A stretch of 64,000 bases of DNA from Candidatus Latescibacterota bacterium (lineage in GTDB: Bacteria > Latescibacterota > UBA2968 > GCA-2709665), in the NCBI GenBank assembly GCA_965219995.1, contig CBDCOX010000002.1, positions 4,960,001 to 5,024,000 on the forward strand, read 5' to 3'. Of the stretch, positions 9,881 to 20,750 are shown piece after piece (position 1 is the stretch's first letter; every line of letters begins with the position of its first letter). Under the pieces are notes generated by a model, which was not told where the DNA came from, did not search any database, and saw only the letters and a list, made by a program, of their open reading frames with translations. The position numbers and the translations under genes were made by a program.

Positions 9881-12223
9881 TTGAATTTCTCTGAATTTTC
9901 CAGTCTGGCGTTCCGGAGGCGAACTGGTTTGTTGGGTATCTTAATAGGAATCGTCCTGTTGCTGCTTGACTTTGCGTCTCCCGGGATGGCCGCGGCGCAG
10001 CAGGCGCCCGTCATTACCGAGATCAGGGTCGAGGGCAATCGGATCACCGAAGCATCGCTGATCAGGTTTTCCTCCGGGCTGGCGGAAGGACAGCGCCTCC
10101 TGTTGCCGGACGACCCGCCGCGCGTGATTCGCAATCTCCACCGATTGAATATATTTTCGGATATCCAGGTCTACGCCGACCCGAACGTGGACGAAGGCGT
10201 GGCCGTTGTGATCGTCGTGAAAGAACATCCCAAGCTGGAAGACGTCAGTTTCGAAGGCAACAAGGGAATCAAATCCAAGAAACTGAAGAAGACGCTCGCC
10301 TTCATTGAGAAACAGTGGCTGTCGCCGCATGAGGTCAGACGCGCGGAAAACAAGATCGTCGACCTTTACAAGGAAGAGGGATACCTCCTTGCCCGGGTCG
10401 AGGGGAAGCAGGGCGACCTGAATGAAGAAGGCCAGGTGCTGCTCACGTTCACCGTGAACGAAGGGCGCAAGGTGAAGCTGCGCCGCATTCAGTTCTTCGG
10501 CAATCAGGCGTTCGAAGGCAAGAAACTCCGCAAGGCGATGAAGGAGACCAAACAGGTCGGGGGAATTCTGCGCCGGAACAAGTTCGCGGAAGACACCTAC
10601 CAGGAAGACAAGCAGGCGCTGCTGGCGTTCTACCAGTCGAACGGATATCGTAACGCGGAGATTCTGCGCGACAGCCTGTATTACGACGACGCGAAGGCGA
10701 ATCTCTTTATCGACCTTTATCTGGATGAGGGACCCCTGCACCGGTTCGGGGAGATTACCTGGGACGGCAACGAACGCGTCAGGGACGCGGGCATCGACAG
10801 GATGATCGTCGCAAAGGCGGGGAACGTCTACAGTTCCGAGCTCAAGGACAAATCCCAGGAGGAAATACAGAATCTGTACAGCGATATCGGTTATATCACG
10901 GCTTCGGTCGCGGTCCAGGAAAGACAGGCGGAGGCGCCGCACACGATCAACGTGCACTTCGACATTGTGGAAAACAAGCCGTGGAAGATCCGGCAGATTA
11001 CCATTTCGGGAAATACGAAGACAAAAGACAGGGTGATCCGCAGGGAGCTCTGGTTGCGCCCGGGCCAGACCTTTCGAAGGTCCGGCATTGAGCGGAGCAT
11101 GAGGAATATTCAACAGCTGAACTATTTCAGCAACGTGGCGCCGGAACTGAAACCCGTTGAGGAGTCATCCGAGCTGGATGTCATTTTCGCTGTGGAGGAG
11201 AAATCCACGGGCACGGCGTCCGTAGGCGCGGGCTACAGCCAGTACGACGGCCTGCTGGGAACCGTCGCGCTGCAGGTCCCGAATTTTATGGGCAACGGGC
11301 AGCAGCTGGAATTTCAGCTGGAGTTCGGAGACAGGCGGCAGTCGTTCCGGGCCGGGTTCACGGAGCCGTGGCTGATGAACACGCCGACCAGCCTTCAGGG
11401 TCTGATCTTCAGAACCACGCGGCGGTTTTACAGTGGCTTCGACGAACGCCGGCAGGGCGCCGTTACCAATATCGGACGCCGTCTGGCCTGGCCCGATTTC
11501 TCACGGGTTTCCATCGGGTACCGGATCCAGCAGGTTGAATTCCGGAATTTCGCCGAAGATTTCGACCAGAGCGCCGAATCATCCTTCCGCGACAACGTCA
11601 CAAGCAGCGTGAACCTGAACTTCACGCGCAACAGCCGGGACCTGCCGGTTTTCCCCACCAGCGGTTCCGTATTTTCCTACTCGCCGACGTTTGCCGGCGG
11701 TCCGCTGGGCGGCAATACGGATTTTCTGAAACACGATTTCATCACCAGCTTCTATTTCCCCGTGGCCTGGCGTGTCGCGCTGGGCCTGAAAACGACCCTC
11801 GGTCTCGTGAGGCCGTACAACAATTCCGACGTGCCGTTCAATGAACGTTTCACGCCGGGGGGCGTGAACATCTTCGAGGGTACCATGGTGCGCGGGTATC
11901 CCGAGCAATCGCTGGGTCCGCGCGTTAGCGGCGTTCCGGACGGAGGGAACTCTCAACTGCTCTTCAACCTTGAACTCACCCTGCCCATCGTGAAACAGCA
12001 GTTCTACGCCCTCGCGTTCGCGGACGCGGGCAATGCGTGGGACAGCATCTCGGAAGCGAGTATCTTCGATCTGAGGCGGTCGATGGGCGTCGGATTTCGA
12101 ATGATTGCCCCTGTTGTCGGTATTATGGGATTCGACTTCGCCTGGGGTTTTGACAGGCGGCGCGTAGACGGCCAGAAGCCACAGATGGTAACCCATTTCC
12201 AGTTCGGTCCGCAGTTTTTCTAA
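9881..12223 (+). CDS. bamA: Outer membrane protein assembly factor BamA
   Basis: Signal peptide, POTRA repeats (GNTKTKDRVIRREL), beta-barrel with VRGY motif, C-terminal Phe. Start uncertain. Confidence 0.95.
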   Translation: MNFSEFSSLAFRRRTGLLGILIGIVLLLLDFASPGMAAAQQAPVITEIRVEGNRITEASLIRFSSGLAEGQRLLLPDDPPRVIRNLHRLNIFSDIQVYADPNVDEGVAVVIVVKEHPKLEDVSFEGNKGIKSKKLKKTLAFIEKQWLSPHEVRRAENKIVDLYKEEGYLLARVEGKQGDLNEEGQVLLTFTVNEGRKVKLRRIQFFGNQAFEGKKLRKAMKETKQVGGILRRNKFAEDTYQEDKQALLAFYQSNGYRNAEILRDSLYYDDAKANLFIDLYLDEGPLHRFGEITWDGNERVRDAGIDRMIVAKAGNVYSSELKDKSQEEIQNLYSDIGYITASVAVQERQAEAPHTINVHFDIVENKPWKIRQITISGNTKTKDRVIRRELWLRPGQTFRRSGIERSMRNIQQLNYFSNVAPELKPVEESSELDVIFAVEEKSTGTASVGAGYSQYDGLLGTVALQVPNFMGNGQQLEFQLEFGDRRQSFRAGFTEPWLMNTPTSLQGLIFRTTRRFYSGFDERRQGAVTNIGRRLAWPDFSRVSIGYRIQQVEFRNFAEDFDQSAESSFRDNVTSSVNLNFTRNSRDLPVFPTSGSVFSYSPTFAGGPLGGNTDFLKHDFITSFYFPVAWRVALGLKTTLGLVRPYNNSDVPFNERFTPGGVNIFEGTMVRGYPEQSLGPRVSGVPDGGNSQLLFNLELTLPIVKQQFYALAFADAGNAWDSISEASIFDLRRSMGVGFRMIAPVVGIMGFDFAWGFDRRRVDGQKPQMVTHFQFGPQFF

Positions 12224-12255
12224 GACAGCTTTCAAACGCAGGAGGGAGATTCAAT

Positions 12256-12828
12256 ATGGACTTCAGACACCGCTTCCTGGTTTCCTTATGCGGCCTGATG
12301 GCCTGTCTGGTCGTGGCGTCCGCGGCCTGGGCACAGGCGAAGATCGGTTATTTCGATCCGAACGAGATTCGGACGAAATACAAGCCGTTCCAGGAGGCCG
12401 AAAGAGAATACAACCAGTATGAAGGGGAACTGCAGAAGGAACTCAAAAAGCTCGAGAGCGCATTGAGAAAGAAGCAGACCACCTTTGAACGCCAGAAGGT
12501 GATGTACATGGAGAACCGACGGCGGGAAGAGGAGCAGGCGCTGAAGCGACAGGAGGAGGAATTGCAGCGGTTTCTTGCCCAGATTACCGATCCCGAGCGG
12601 GGTAAGCTGGCGCTGAAGCAGCAGGAATTGCTTGCGCCGTTGCTGAAACGCGTCAACGAGGTGATTTCCCGGGTGTCCAAGGAAAACGGTTACGATTTTG
12701 TGCTGAATGCGGCTTCCGTGGTTTATTTCAACGAAGACTACGATCTGACGGAGAAGGTACTGGACGAGTTGAATAAAGACCTGGAGGAAGGCGACGAGCA
12801 GAGACAGGGTCCGGGTCCGATCCGATAG
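12256..12828 (+). CDS. skp: OmpH/Skp periplasmic chaperone
   Basis: Signal peptide, KIGY, long coiled coil, GYDFVL...DLTEKVL; directly after bamA. Confidence 0.9.
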   Translation: MDFRHRFLVSLCGLMACLVVASAAWAQAKIGYFDPNEIRTKYKPFQEAEREYNQYEGELQKELKKLESALRKKQTTFERQKVMYMENRRREEEQALKRQEEELQRFLAQITDPERGKLALKQQELLAPLLKRVNEVISRVSKENGYDFVLNAASVVYFNEDYDLTEKVLDELNKDLEEGDEQRQGPGPIR

Positions 12829-12872
12829 GTTCCGGTTTGTCCGGAGGCAGGAAGAAGAGAGGAGAACCGGCT

Positions 12873-13304
12873 GTGCTGGACCTCGAAGCGATACAAAGAA
12901 TCCTGCCGCATCGGTACCCGTTTCTTCTGGTGGACCGGATCCTGGAGCTGGAACCGGACCGCAGGGTGGTGGGGCTGAAGAACGTGACCGCCAACGAGCC
13001 GTTCTTCGCCGGCCATTTCCCGGGGCGGCCCGTGATGCCGGGCGTGTTGATTGTGGAAGCGCTCGCTCAGACCGCCGGCGTATTGATGGGAGAAGCGTCC
13101 GGCCTGATACCGATGTTCATGGGCATCGACAAGGCCCGGTTCAGACGTCCGGTGACGCCGGGCGATCAGTTGCGGCTCGAGGTGGAGGTGTTGCGGAAAC
13201 GGCGTAGCGTGTGCCGCGTGGCCGGCAGGGCGTTCGTGGGTGAGGATCTGGTCGCGGAAGCGGAGATGATGGCCGCGCTCGTCGCGCCGGAAGATATCGG
13301 GTGA
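12873..13304 (+). CDS. fabZ: 3-hydroxyacyl-ACP dehydratase FabZ
   Basis: [34 protein letters not shown]; GTG start. Confidence 0.95.
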   Translation: MLDLEAIQRILPHRYPFLLVDRILELEPDRRVVGLKNVTANEPFFAGHFPGRPVMPGVLIVEALAQTAGVLMGEASGLIPMFMGIDKARFRRPVTPGDQLRLEVEVLRKRRSVCRVAGRAFVGEDLVAEAEMMAALVAPEDIG

Positions 13305-13403
13305 CGCTGGGTGGAACGGAACAACAGGTTGAGGCTGAAGTCGTTTTCATCGGCGGTCCGGCACGGGCCGCCGAATTCTTGTACCCCGGCCTCACACACC
13401 CCC

Positions 13404-13686
13404 GGGTAAGACGGTAGACGTTAGACGGGAGAGGACATCAGTGCCCTAAAGGCGGTGAGACGTTAGACGTAAGACGGGAGAGGATGTGAATGCCTGTCCG
13501 GTATCGTCTCTTGCCGGAGGCATAGAGGCAGAACCAATCGGGCATGGATGTCATCTACCGTCTCCCCTCTACCCTCTCACCGGTTCTATTGCCCCGTGCG
13601 GTATCAATTCTTGCCGGAGGCATAACGGACGAGCCAATCGGGCAAGGATATCATCTCCCGTCTCCCGTCTTACGTCTCACCGGTTT
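13404..13686. repeat. Mosaic intergenic element (2 left arms, 2 core plus right-arm units)
   Basis: AGACGTT/AGACGGG heptamer arms; core TCTTGCCGGAGGCATA...CCAATCGGGCA present twice. Confidence 0.85.
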
Positions 13687-13690
13687 TCTA

Positions 13691-14470
13691 CTATTGCGCC
13701 AGAATCTGACTGAGAAACAGCTTCGTCCGGTCGTTTTTTGGATTCTCGAAAAATTCGTCCGGACTGTTCTCTTCGACAATTCGCCCTTCGTCCATGAAAA
13801 TGACGCGATTGGCGACGGTTTTTGCAAATCCCATTTCGTGCGTGACCACCAGCATCGTCATGCCGCTTTGTGCGAGCTCAATCATCACGTCGAGTACTTC
13901 TTTGATCATCTCCGGGTCCAGTGCCGAAGTCGGTTCGTCGAATAACATGATTTTCGGGTTCATGCACAAGCTGCGAGCGATTGCGACGCGTTGCTGTTGA
14001 CCGCCCGACAGCTGACCGGGGTACTTCGACGCCTGTTCCGGAATTCGTACCCTCTCCAGATACCGCATCGCGGTTTCTTCAGCCTCCTGCCTGGGCAACT
14101 TTCTCGCCCAGATTGGCGCCAGTGTGCAGTTTTGCAGGACGGTCAGATGTGGAAACAGATTGAACTGCTGAAACACCATGCCGACCTCCCGCCGGATTTC
14201 CGCGATATTCTTCAGATTGTCGGTCAGCGATATTCCATCAACCGTGATGTTCCCGCGTTGATGTTCCTCCAGGTGGTTGATACAGCGAATCAGCGTTGAT
14301 TTGCCGGAGCCGGAGGGACCGCAGATAACGATTCTTTCTCCGCGTTCGACGGTGAGATTGATGTCTTTCAGGACCTGGAACCTGCCGAACCACTTGTGCA
14401 TGTCTGTAATTTCGATCGCGATCCGGTCGTCGCGTTCGCTGACGGCTGTGTCTTTGGCGTCAATAGTCAT
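13691..14470 (-). CDS. aapP: General L-amino acid ABC transporter ATP-binding protein
   Basis: [44 protein letters not shown]; start MTIDAK. Confidence 0.9.
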   Translation of the reverse strand: MTIDAKDTAVSERDDRIAIEITDMHKWFGRFQVLKDINLTVERGERIVICGPSGSGKSTLIRCINHLEEHQRGNITVDGISLTDNLKNIAEIRREVGMVFQQFNLFPHLTVLQNCTLAPIWARKLPRQEAEETAMRYLERVRIPEQASKYPGQLSGGQQQRVAIARSLCMNPKIMLFDEPTSALDPEMIKEVLDVMIELAQSGMTMLVVTHEMGFAKTVANRVIFMDEGRIVEENSPDEFFENPKNDRTKLFLSQILAQ

Positions 14471-14481
14471 TTGAGGATCCT

Positions 14482-15600
14482 CTAATCGTCCTTGTGTCCG
14501 GTATCCAGTTTGCGTTCGAGGTAGAGCGAATACCGCGACATGGCAAAACATGAGATGAAGAAACCCAGCGCAACGAATATGTACAGTTCAGTCGACAATC
14601 CCTGCCATTTTGAGTCGGCGAGCGCTGCGCGGCCGATTCCGAGAGGATCGAGGAGGCCGACGACGATGACCAGGGTCGTATCCTTATACAGTCCGATAAA
14701 GGTGTTCATGATTCCCGGTATGGAGATTTTCAGTGCTTGAGGCAATATGATCAACCGGATGCCTTTCGCATAGCTCAGACCCAGCGCATCGGCTGCTTCG
14801 AACTGCCCCTGCGGAATTGCCGCCAGGCCGCCTCGAACGACTTCGGCGAGGTATGCAGACGAAAATATGATCACGATAATGATGACGCGAAGCAACAGAT
14901 CGAAGTATGTGCCGGGCGGCATGAAGTAATTCAAAAGCGTTGAAGCGACGAACAGCAATGAGATCAGCGGAACCCCGCGGATAAATTCGATGTACCAGAT
15001 GCTGAGCGTTCTGACGACCGGCATTGACGAGTGACGTCCCAGCGAAAGTGCAACGCCAAGTGGAAGGGAAACGACAATTCCTGTGACGCCGATCAGCACT
15101 GTCAGCAGGAAACCGCCGAATTTGGATGACTCGACCTGCTCCAGTCCAAACCATCCTCCCCACAGCATAAAGAACGCGAAGAAGGGATAGATTAACGTAA
15201 ACCGGAGCAGAACCCTGCGCCCCTTGACGCGGTCATACAGTAGCGGGATCAGGGCGACGAAAAGCAACACGAACGTCAGATTGACTCGCCAGCGCAAATG
15301 AACCGGATAGAATCCGTACATAAACTGATCGAATCGTTTCCACACAACCGCCCAGCAGGCGCCCCCTGCGATTTCCCGGCATTCTCTTCGGTGTTCGACG
15401 TCCGCAAATACCGCGTCGAAGAACATCCAATTGGCAATGGGCGGGATAATTTCGTACAGCAGGTAGACGGACAGCACTGTCAGGACGATATCGGTCGGGC
15501 TTGAGAGTAGATTTCCTCGAATCCAGCCGACGACACCAACCTGGGTCCTCGGTGGCGGTAATTCTCGATGCATATCCTGCTCGGGTGAACGCTGCGTCAT
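14482..15600 (-). CDS. aapM: General L-amino acid ABC transporter permease
   Basis: GACW motif, [14 protein letters not shown] loop ([11 protein letters not shown]). Confidence 0.88.
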   Translation of the reverse strand: MTQRSPEQDMHRELPPPRTQVGVVGWIRGNLLSSPTDIVLTVLSVYLLYEIIPPIANWMFFDAVFADVEHRRECREIAGGACWAVVWKRFDQFMYGFYPVHLRWRVNLTFVLLFVALIPLLYDRVKGRRVLLRFTLIYPFFAFFMLWGGWFGLEQVESSKFGGFLLTVLIGVTGIVVSLPLGVALSLGRHSSMPVVRTLSIWYIEFIRGVPLISLLFVASTLLNYFMPPGTYFDLLLRVIIIVIIFSSAYLAEVVRGGLAAIPQGQFEAADALGLSYAKGIRLIILPQALKISIPGIMNTFIGLYKDTTLVIVVGLLDPLGIGRAALADSKWQGLSTELYIFVALGFFISCFAMSRYSLYLERKLDTGHKDD

Positions 15601-15604
15601 CGGT

Positions 15605-16762
15605 TCATCGCTCCACCAGTGCGATTTTCCTGTTGTACCAGTTCATAAACGCGGATATCGATAGTGAGATGGTAAGATAGATAGCCAGAACAATGGACAT
15701 GCATTCCAATGCACGGCCCGTCTGATTCAGCGAAATACCACCGATCGTCGCCACGATATCCATGTATCCGACCGCGATGGCAAGAGATGAATTCTTGGTT
15801 AAATTGAGATACTGGCTGATCAGAGGCGGGACGATAATCCGCAGCGCTTGCGGCAATATGATCAGCCGCATGGTGAAATTCGGTTTGATGCCCAGCGCGT
15901 AAGCGGCTTCGGTCTGGCCGTGACTGACGGCCAGGATTCCCGATCTGACGATTTCAGCGATGAAAGCCCCGGTATAAACCCCGAGCGCAAGTGTTAACGC
16001 GAGAAACTCCGGACTCAGGACCAACCCGCCTTCAAAGTTGAACCTTTTAAACACAGGGAATTCGAATTCAACCGGAAACCCGAGAAGCCAGAACGCCAGC
16101 AGCGGAAGCGCGATGATCGATGAGACGTTCGTCCAGTACACGGGAACCTGTTGTCCGGTCAGTTCCTGCTTTTGCTTTGCGAACAGGTAAAAGTAACAGG
16201 CGCCGGCAACAGCAACGATCAGCGCCGCAATGACACCCCAGAATGCAGGTTCGAAGATTGGTTTCGGCGAATAGACGCCGCGGTTTGACAGAAAGAACAT
16301 ATCGTACGCCGACAGGGCCTGCCTTGGGTGGGGCAGGTTGTGAACAATTACCCCATGACACAATAGTATCCACAGCAGAACCGGAACATTACGGCTGAAT
16401 TCAACAAAACCGTATGAAATCCTGTTGACCAGAAAGTTCGAGGACAGGCGCGCGACACCCGCGGTAAATCCAATAAAGGTTGCGAGTACGATACCAAAAA
16501 AAGCGACCAATGCCGTATTGATGACACCGACAATGGTCGCTCGGAGATGTGTGCTGCGCGAGTCGTATTCGATCAGATGTTGATTGATGTCGTAGTTGGA
16601 CGGCGTAAACAGAAATGCGTAATTGACGTCTCTGCCAATCAGTTCGAGATTGTTGAGCGCGTTTCGAGCGAAGAAACCGAGCAGCGACAGTACGGCGATG
16701 ATCGCAGTGATCTGAATGATCAGTTGCCGGGACTTTTTTTCACGCCAGAGATTTCGCAGCAT
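15605..16762 (-). CDS. aapQ: General L-amino acid ABC transporter permease
   Basis: LSNRG, PEFLAL, HGQTEAAYALG, SQYLNLTKNSSLA, WYNRK. Confidence 0.88.
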   Translation of the reverse strand: MLRNLWREKKSRQLIIQITAIIAVLSLLGFFARNALNNLELIGRDVNYAFLFTPSNYDINQHLIEYDSRSTHLRATIVGVINTALVAFFGIVLATFIGFTAGVARLSSNFLVNRISYGFVEFSRNVPVLLWILLCHGVIVHNLPHPRQALSAYDMFFLSNRGVYSPKPIFEPAFWGVIAALIVAVAGACYFYLFAKQKQELTGQQVPVYWTNVSSIIALPLLAFWLLGFPVEFEFPVFKRFNFEGGLVLSPEFLALTLALGVYTGAFIAEIVRSGILAVSHGQTEAAYALGIKPNFTMRLIILPQALRIIVPPLISQYLNLTKNSSLAIAVGYMDIVATIGGISLNQTGRALECMSIVLAIYLTISLSISAFMNWYNRKIALVER

Positions 16763-16856
16763 AACTCACACGGAAAACCCGTCGTTGAATTGTCTCAGTC
16801 GGGGCTCGAACTATGATGGCGCTTGCAGATTGCATGCGCCATCTTCTTCCTTTAAC

Positions 16857-17882
16857 TTATCGGTACGGAGGGGCGTACAGCAAGCCGCCATCGGTCCACA
16901 GAGCATTCACGCCTCGTTCAAGTCCAATGTCGGTTTTCACGCCGAGGTATCGTTCGAATACCTGGCCGTAGTTGCCAACCGAAGAAATGACGTTGACAAC
17001 CCAGTCGGCGCTCAGTCCGAGCATGGCGCCGTATTCGCCTTCGGTACCGAGCATTCTGTTGATTTCCGCGTCTTTGCTCGATTGACCGGCCATTTCAGCG
17101 ACATTTTCTGAACTGATCCCCTTTTCTTCGGCGATGATCATAACGTTCAGTACCCAGCGAACCACGTCACCCCATTCATCATCGCCGTGTCGAACGAGTG
17201 GCCCCAGGGGTTCTTTGGATACGATTTCCGGCAGAACGACATGGTCATCCGGATTGTCCAGGGCTGCGCGCGTTGCGGCAAGTCCCGAGCGGTCCGTCGT
17301 ATAGACGTCGCATCGTCCGCTCAGGTAATTCTGACGTGCTTCTTCATTCGATTCGATTGGAACAGGCTCGTATTTCATATCGTTGCGACGGAAATAGTCG
17401 GCCAGGTTCAGTTCCGTCGTCGTTCCGGTCTGGATACACACCGACGCACCATTAAGTTCGGTTGCGCTGGAGACGCCTAACGATGCAGGAACCATGAACC
17501 CCTGTCCGTCGTAGAAACTCACGCCCAGAAAGGTCAGTTTGAGATCGACGTCCCGACTGTACGTCCACGTGGTGTTTCTGGAAAGGATGTCGATTTCACC
17601 GGCTTTGAGCGCCTCAAAGCGGGTCTTTCCAGTCAGGTTGGTGTATTTGACCTTTGATGCGTCGCCAAATACCGCTGCCGCAACACCTTTACAAAGCGCG
17701 ACGTCAAATCCTCTCCAGTTCCCCTGATCGTCTGTAAAGGCAAAGCCCGCCAACCCTGTATTGATACCGCATTGAAGGTGTCCTCTTGCCCGTACGTCAT
17801 CAAGCGTACCTGAATGACCGGGCCCGGTGATTGCAAACCCGGCCACCGCAAGGATAAGCGAACGAATGGTCATCCGTTTCAT
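16857..17882 (-). CDS. aapJ: General L-amino acid ABC transporter substrate-binding protein
   Basis: Signal peptide, LSRNTTWT.SRD, YDGQGF, GTTTELNLADYF, SKEPLGP.VRHGD. Confidence 0.92.
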   Translation of the reverse strand: MKRMTIRSLILAVAGFAITGPGHSGTLDDVRARGHLQCGINTGLAGFAFTDDQGNWRGFDVALCKGVAAAVFGDASKVKYTNLTGKTRFEALKAGEIDILSRNTTWTYSRDVDLKLTFLGVSFYDGQGFMVPASLGVSSATELNGASVCIQTGTTTELNLADYFRRNDMKYEPVPIESNEEARQNYLSGRCDVYTTDRSGLAATRAALDNPDDHVVLPEIVSKEPLGPLVRHGDDEWGDVVRWVLNVMIIAEEKGISSENVAEMAGQSSKDAEINRMLGTEGEYGAMLGLSADWVVNVISSVGNYGQVFERYLGVKTDIGLERGVNALWTDGGLLYAPPYR

Positions 17883-18032
17883 CGATGATCTCCTTGTTGA
17901 AGGTTGACTTGCACAAAACCGCGGAAGAATACGCCCTTAACGGGCTGTTAAGATACGAAGGCCGGTCGTGTTTCCCAAGTCGAAAAACAGCGATCAGCTT
18001 TCAGGCAAACCTCCCCCGACCCCTCGCCCCTT

Positions 18033-18356
18033 GGGTAGACGTAAGAGGGTAGACGGTAGAGGACCTCCGCGCTTCTGTGGAAACTGGTACGGCCTTCCGA
18101 AATCTACCAGCGAGTTGCGCGGACCTCCCCAGGCCCCCACCCTAAGGCGGTGAGACGGGAGACGGAAGAGGGGAGAGGAAATGAGTGCCTGAAGAACGGG
18201 TAGACGTGAGACGTGAGAGATTGTCTGCCCTGTGCGGTTTCATATCTTGCCAGAGGCAAAAAGGAACAACCAATCGGGCAAAGGCATCTTCTACCGTCTT
18301 GCGTCTCACGTCTCACCGCTTTCATCAACCGTCTCACGTCTACCCTCTCACCGCGG
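18033..18356. repeat. Mosaic intergenic element
   Basis: Heptamer left arms, core GCGGTTTCATATCTTGCCAGAGGCAA...CCAATCGGGCAAAGG, two right arms. Confidence 0.82.
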
Positions 18357-18397
18357 TTAGGCGACCTTTAAAGCCTCCCATATCCTACGGAGTTCCC

Positions 18398-19762
18398 ATG
18401 AAACGCGAACACATTTTCGCCCACTACGAACAGGACGCGACGCGGTACTGGAAGCTGAAGGAGGGCGGGTACGCCACTCCCATGAGCGTGTTTCAGGGAG
18501 AGGAAGTCACCTTTCACATCTCGAACTCCAGATCGTACTACGACGTGTTCGTGTACCACGAAGGCGCGCGGCGGCGGCTCGTCAAGGAGATTACCAACCT
18601 GCGCGGCCGGCTTCCTCCGATCCCGGAATTCGGGTATCGCGACGGATTCGACTGGGCCGCCACGGTGACGTTCCGCGTCCCGCACGACTGGAAGAGCGGG
18701 GTCTATATTGCCAGTTTTCCCACCGCCCAGGGAGTCCGCGAAATCCTGTTCGTGGTTCGTCCTCGCGTTCCCTCAGCCCCCATGCTTCTGACCATCGAGA
18801 CCAATACCTATGCCGCGTACAACCCGGTGGGCGGCAAGAGCCTCTTCCACTACCTTTCCACCGACCGAACCCACAGCGACCTGGTGACGTTCGAGCGTCC
18901 GCTGCAGCCTGATATCATGGGCGGATTCTACGCCTGGGACCAGTTCATCACCTCCTGGCTGGACGCCGAGGGGTATTCCGTGGACTATTGTATCAACGCG
19001 GACCACGACCGTGAACCGGACCTTCTCGACAACTATGCGGCACACCTGAGGATCGGACACGGCGAGTATACCAGCCGGGAGGAGTGCGAGCAGCTTCAGC
19101 GGTTCGTGGCCCGCGGCGGGAACCTGATCGTGCTGGCGGGTAACTCGTTTTCGCACCTTGTGGAGACAAGGGGCAACGGGCGCCAGCTCTATTGCGCCAA
19201 GACCCGGTATAAAAAACACCCGCTGGGCACACCTGATGACCCGCATACATCTCTGCTCCGCGGGATCGACAACCTTCGGCAGCGTACCATCGGGGTTTCC
19301 TATTCGGCCGCCGTCCACGCGAAGACCCGGACGCCCGGGGTGTTTATCGCGCCCACAAGCGGGGAGTACGGATTCTTCCGCGTGAGCCGGCCCGACCACT
19401 GGGCGTTCGAGGGGACCGGTTTGAAGCAGGGTGACGAGTTCGGGCGCGAGGACTCGATCGTCGGCGTGGAATGCGACGGCGGCGACGTCGAGTTCAGGGA
19501 AGGAAAGCCAACTTTCACCGGCATCGACGGGATCAGCCCGCACTATCGAATCATCGCCATCGGAGACGCCGAAGACCACGGATTCAACGCGGACCTGGGC
19601 ATCCACTACGACCGGTTCTACGCGACCATCGCCGTCAACGAGACCGAGTTCAGGGGGACCGTCTTCACGGCGGCAACCATGGAGTGGTCGCACGGCCTCT
19701 ACCGGGACGACGGCCCCGTCGCGCGGATCACGCGTAATGTTCTGGATCGGCTGGGAGGGTAG
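18398..19762 (+). CDS. N,N-dimethylformamidase beta-subunit-like protein (DUF6605-like)
   Basis: W.SGVY, TY.AYN.VGG.SL, GHGEY, HWAFEGTGL..GD.FG, VG.ECDG, GTVFTAATMEW, ITRNVL.RL. Confidence 0.75.
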   Translation: MKREHIFAHYEQDATRYWKLKEGGYATPMSVFQGEEVTFHISNSRSYYDVFVYHEGARRRLVKEITNLRGRLPPIPEFGYRDGFDWAATVTFRVPHDWKSGVYIASFPTAQGVREILFVVRPRVPSAPMLLTIETNTYAAYNPVGGKSLFHYLSTDRTHSDLVTFERPLQPDIMGGFYAWDQFITSWLDAEGYSVDYCINADHDREPDLLDNYAAHLRIGHGEYTSREECEQLQRFVARGGNLIVLAGNSFSHLVETRGNGRQLYCAKTRYKKHPLGTPDDPHTSLLRGIDNLRQRTIGVSYSAAVHAKTRTPGVFIAPTSGEYGFFRVSRPDHWAFEGTGLKQGDEFGREDSIVGVECDGGDVEFREGKPTFTGIDGISPHYRIIAIGDAEDHGFNADLGIHYDRFYATIAVNETEFRGTVFTAATMEWSHGLYRDDGPVARITRNVLDRLGG

Positions 19763-20002
19763 GCGAGGTCAGCGAGGCGCGGTAGTTCATACCTTATGCC
19801 ACTCCCGTCCGAAAACGGGTTGATTCACTACGAATAACGCGAATTTGCGCGAATTCACCCCAGCCCAAATTCGCCATTTCCAGGTGGCTCCATTACGCCG
19901 ATCATGGGCGGCGCCTTTACACCGATCATTGACATAACAACAAGCCCAGGACTCATTTGCGCCCTGGGTGTTATTGGAGCAGTAATTTCAACGGCCCAGA
20001 GA

Positions 20003-20750
20003 TCAGTTGGTCAATAAGTGATTTAAAGATTCTCGCGCCAATTTCACACTGTGTGCGTCGAAGCCTCGCTGCATAGAGCGATCTATGTTAATCACGCCTT
20101 CTAGAAAAGCGGTCGTTTCAGGGTGTGGAAAATAACGTAATGCCCGCATAGCGTGATTCTTGTACCGTTTGCCCCTGGTGGCGCTCATCAACAGCCTTCG
20201 CACTTTCGCTTGCTTTGCTGGATCATTTCTTAGAAAGCCATTCTCGTCTTCCATCATATATCGGAGAGTCACAATAGCGTAACTCTTATCATTCTCTAAT
20301 GCTTCAATGATTGGCTCAAACGCAGGCTCTCCAATATTCGCTAATCCCCGTGTAGCGATCCCTCCAAAATAGTTGATTTGAAATGGAATAAATCGCGGGT
20401 CGTTTTGCCAGGAAATCAACTCGTACAATTGGGCGTTTATTTCCCCACAATCACCCTCGGCAATTTCAGGAATGATGATAGGTTCACCAGTTTCTATTGC
20501 CCTTACCATCTCATCATATCGGTGGGCCATTTTTGACAAGATCTGTTTATATGGCTCCGGCCAGGGATTCCTCTCTAAACGATACATCTCTAGCACCAAT
20601 ACATAACATGTTGTGCAGAGACATATTCTGGCTAATTCTCGTCCAACGCTCCAAACGGTCAGGACTACGCCAAGCACGGATATTAACTTCCTCATCAGCC
20701 CAGGTGGGGGTGGCGAAACTGACCAAGAACACGATATAAAGCAGCTTCAT
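20003..20750 (-). pseudogene. Probable frameshifted secreted protein (signal-peptide ORF 20750-20547 plus helical ORF ending 20003)
   Basis: SD-preceded MKLLYIVFLVSFATPTWA-DEE signal peptide in one frame; an overlapping frame continues ...EMYRLERNPWPEPYKQ... to 20003. Confidence 0.5.

Noticed and set aside
18185-18397. N-terminal extension of the DMFase-like ORF, and similar extensions at 38952 and 53386
   Set aside because: These translate repeat or MITE DNA; the true starts lie downstream.
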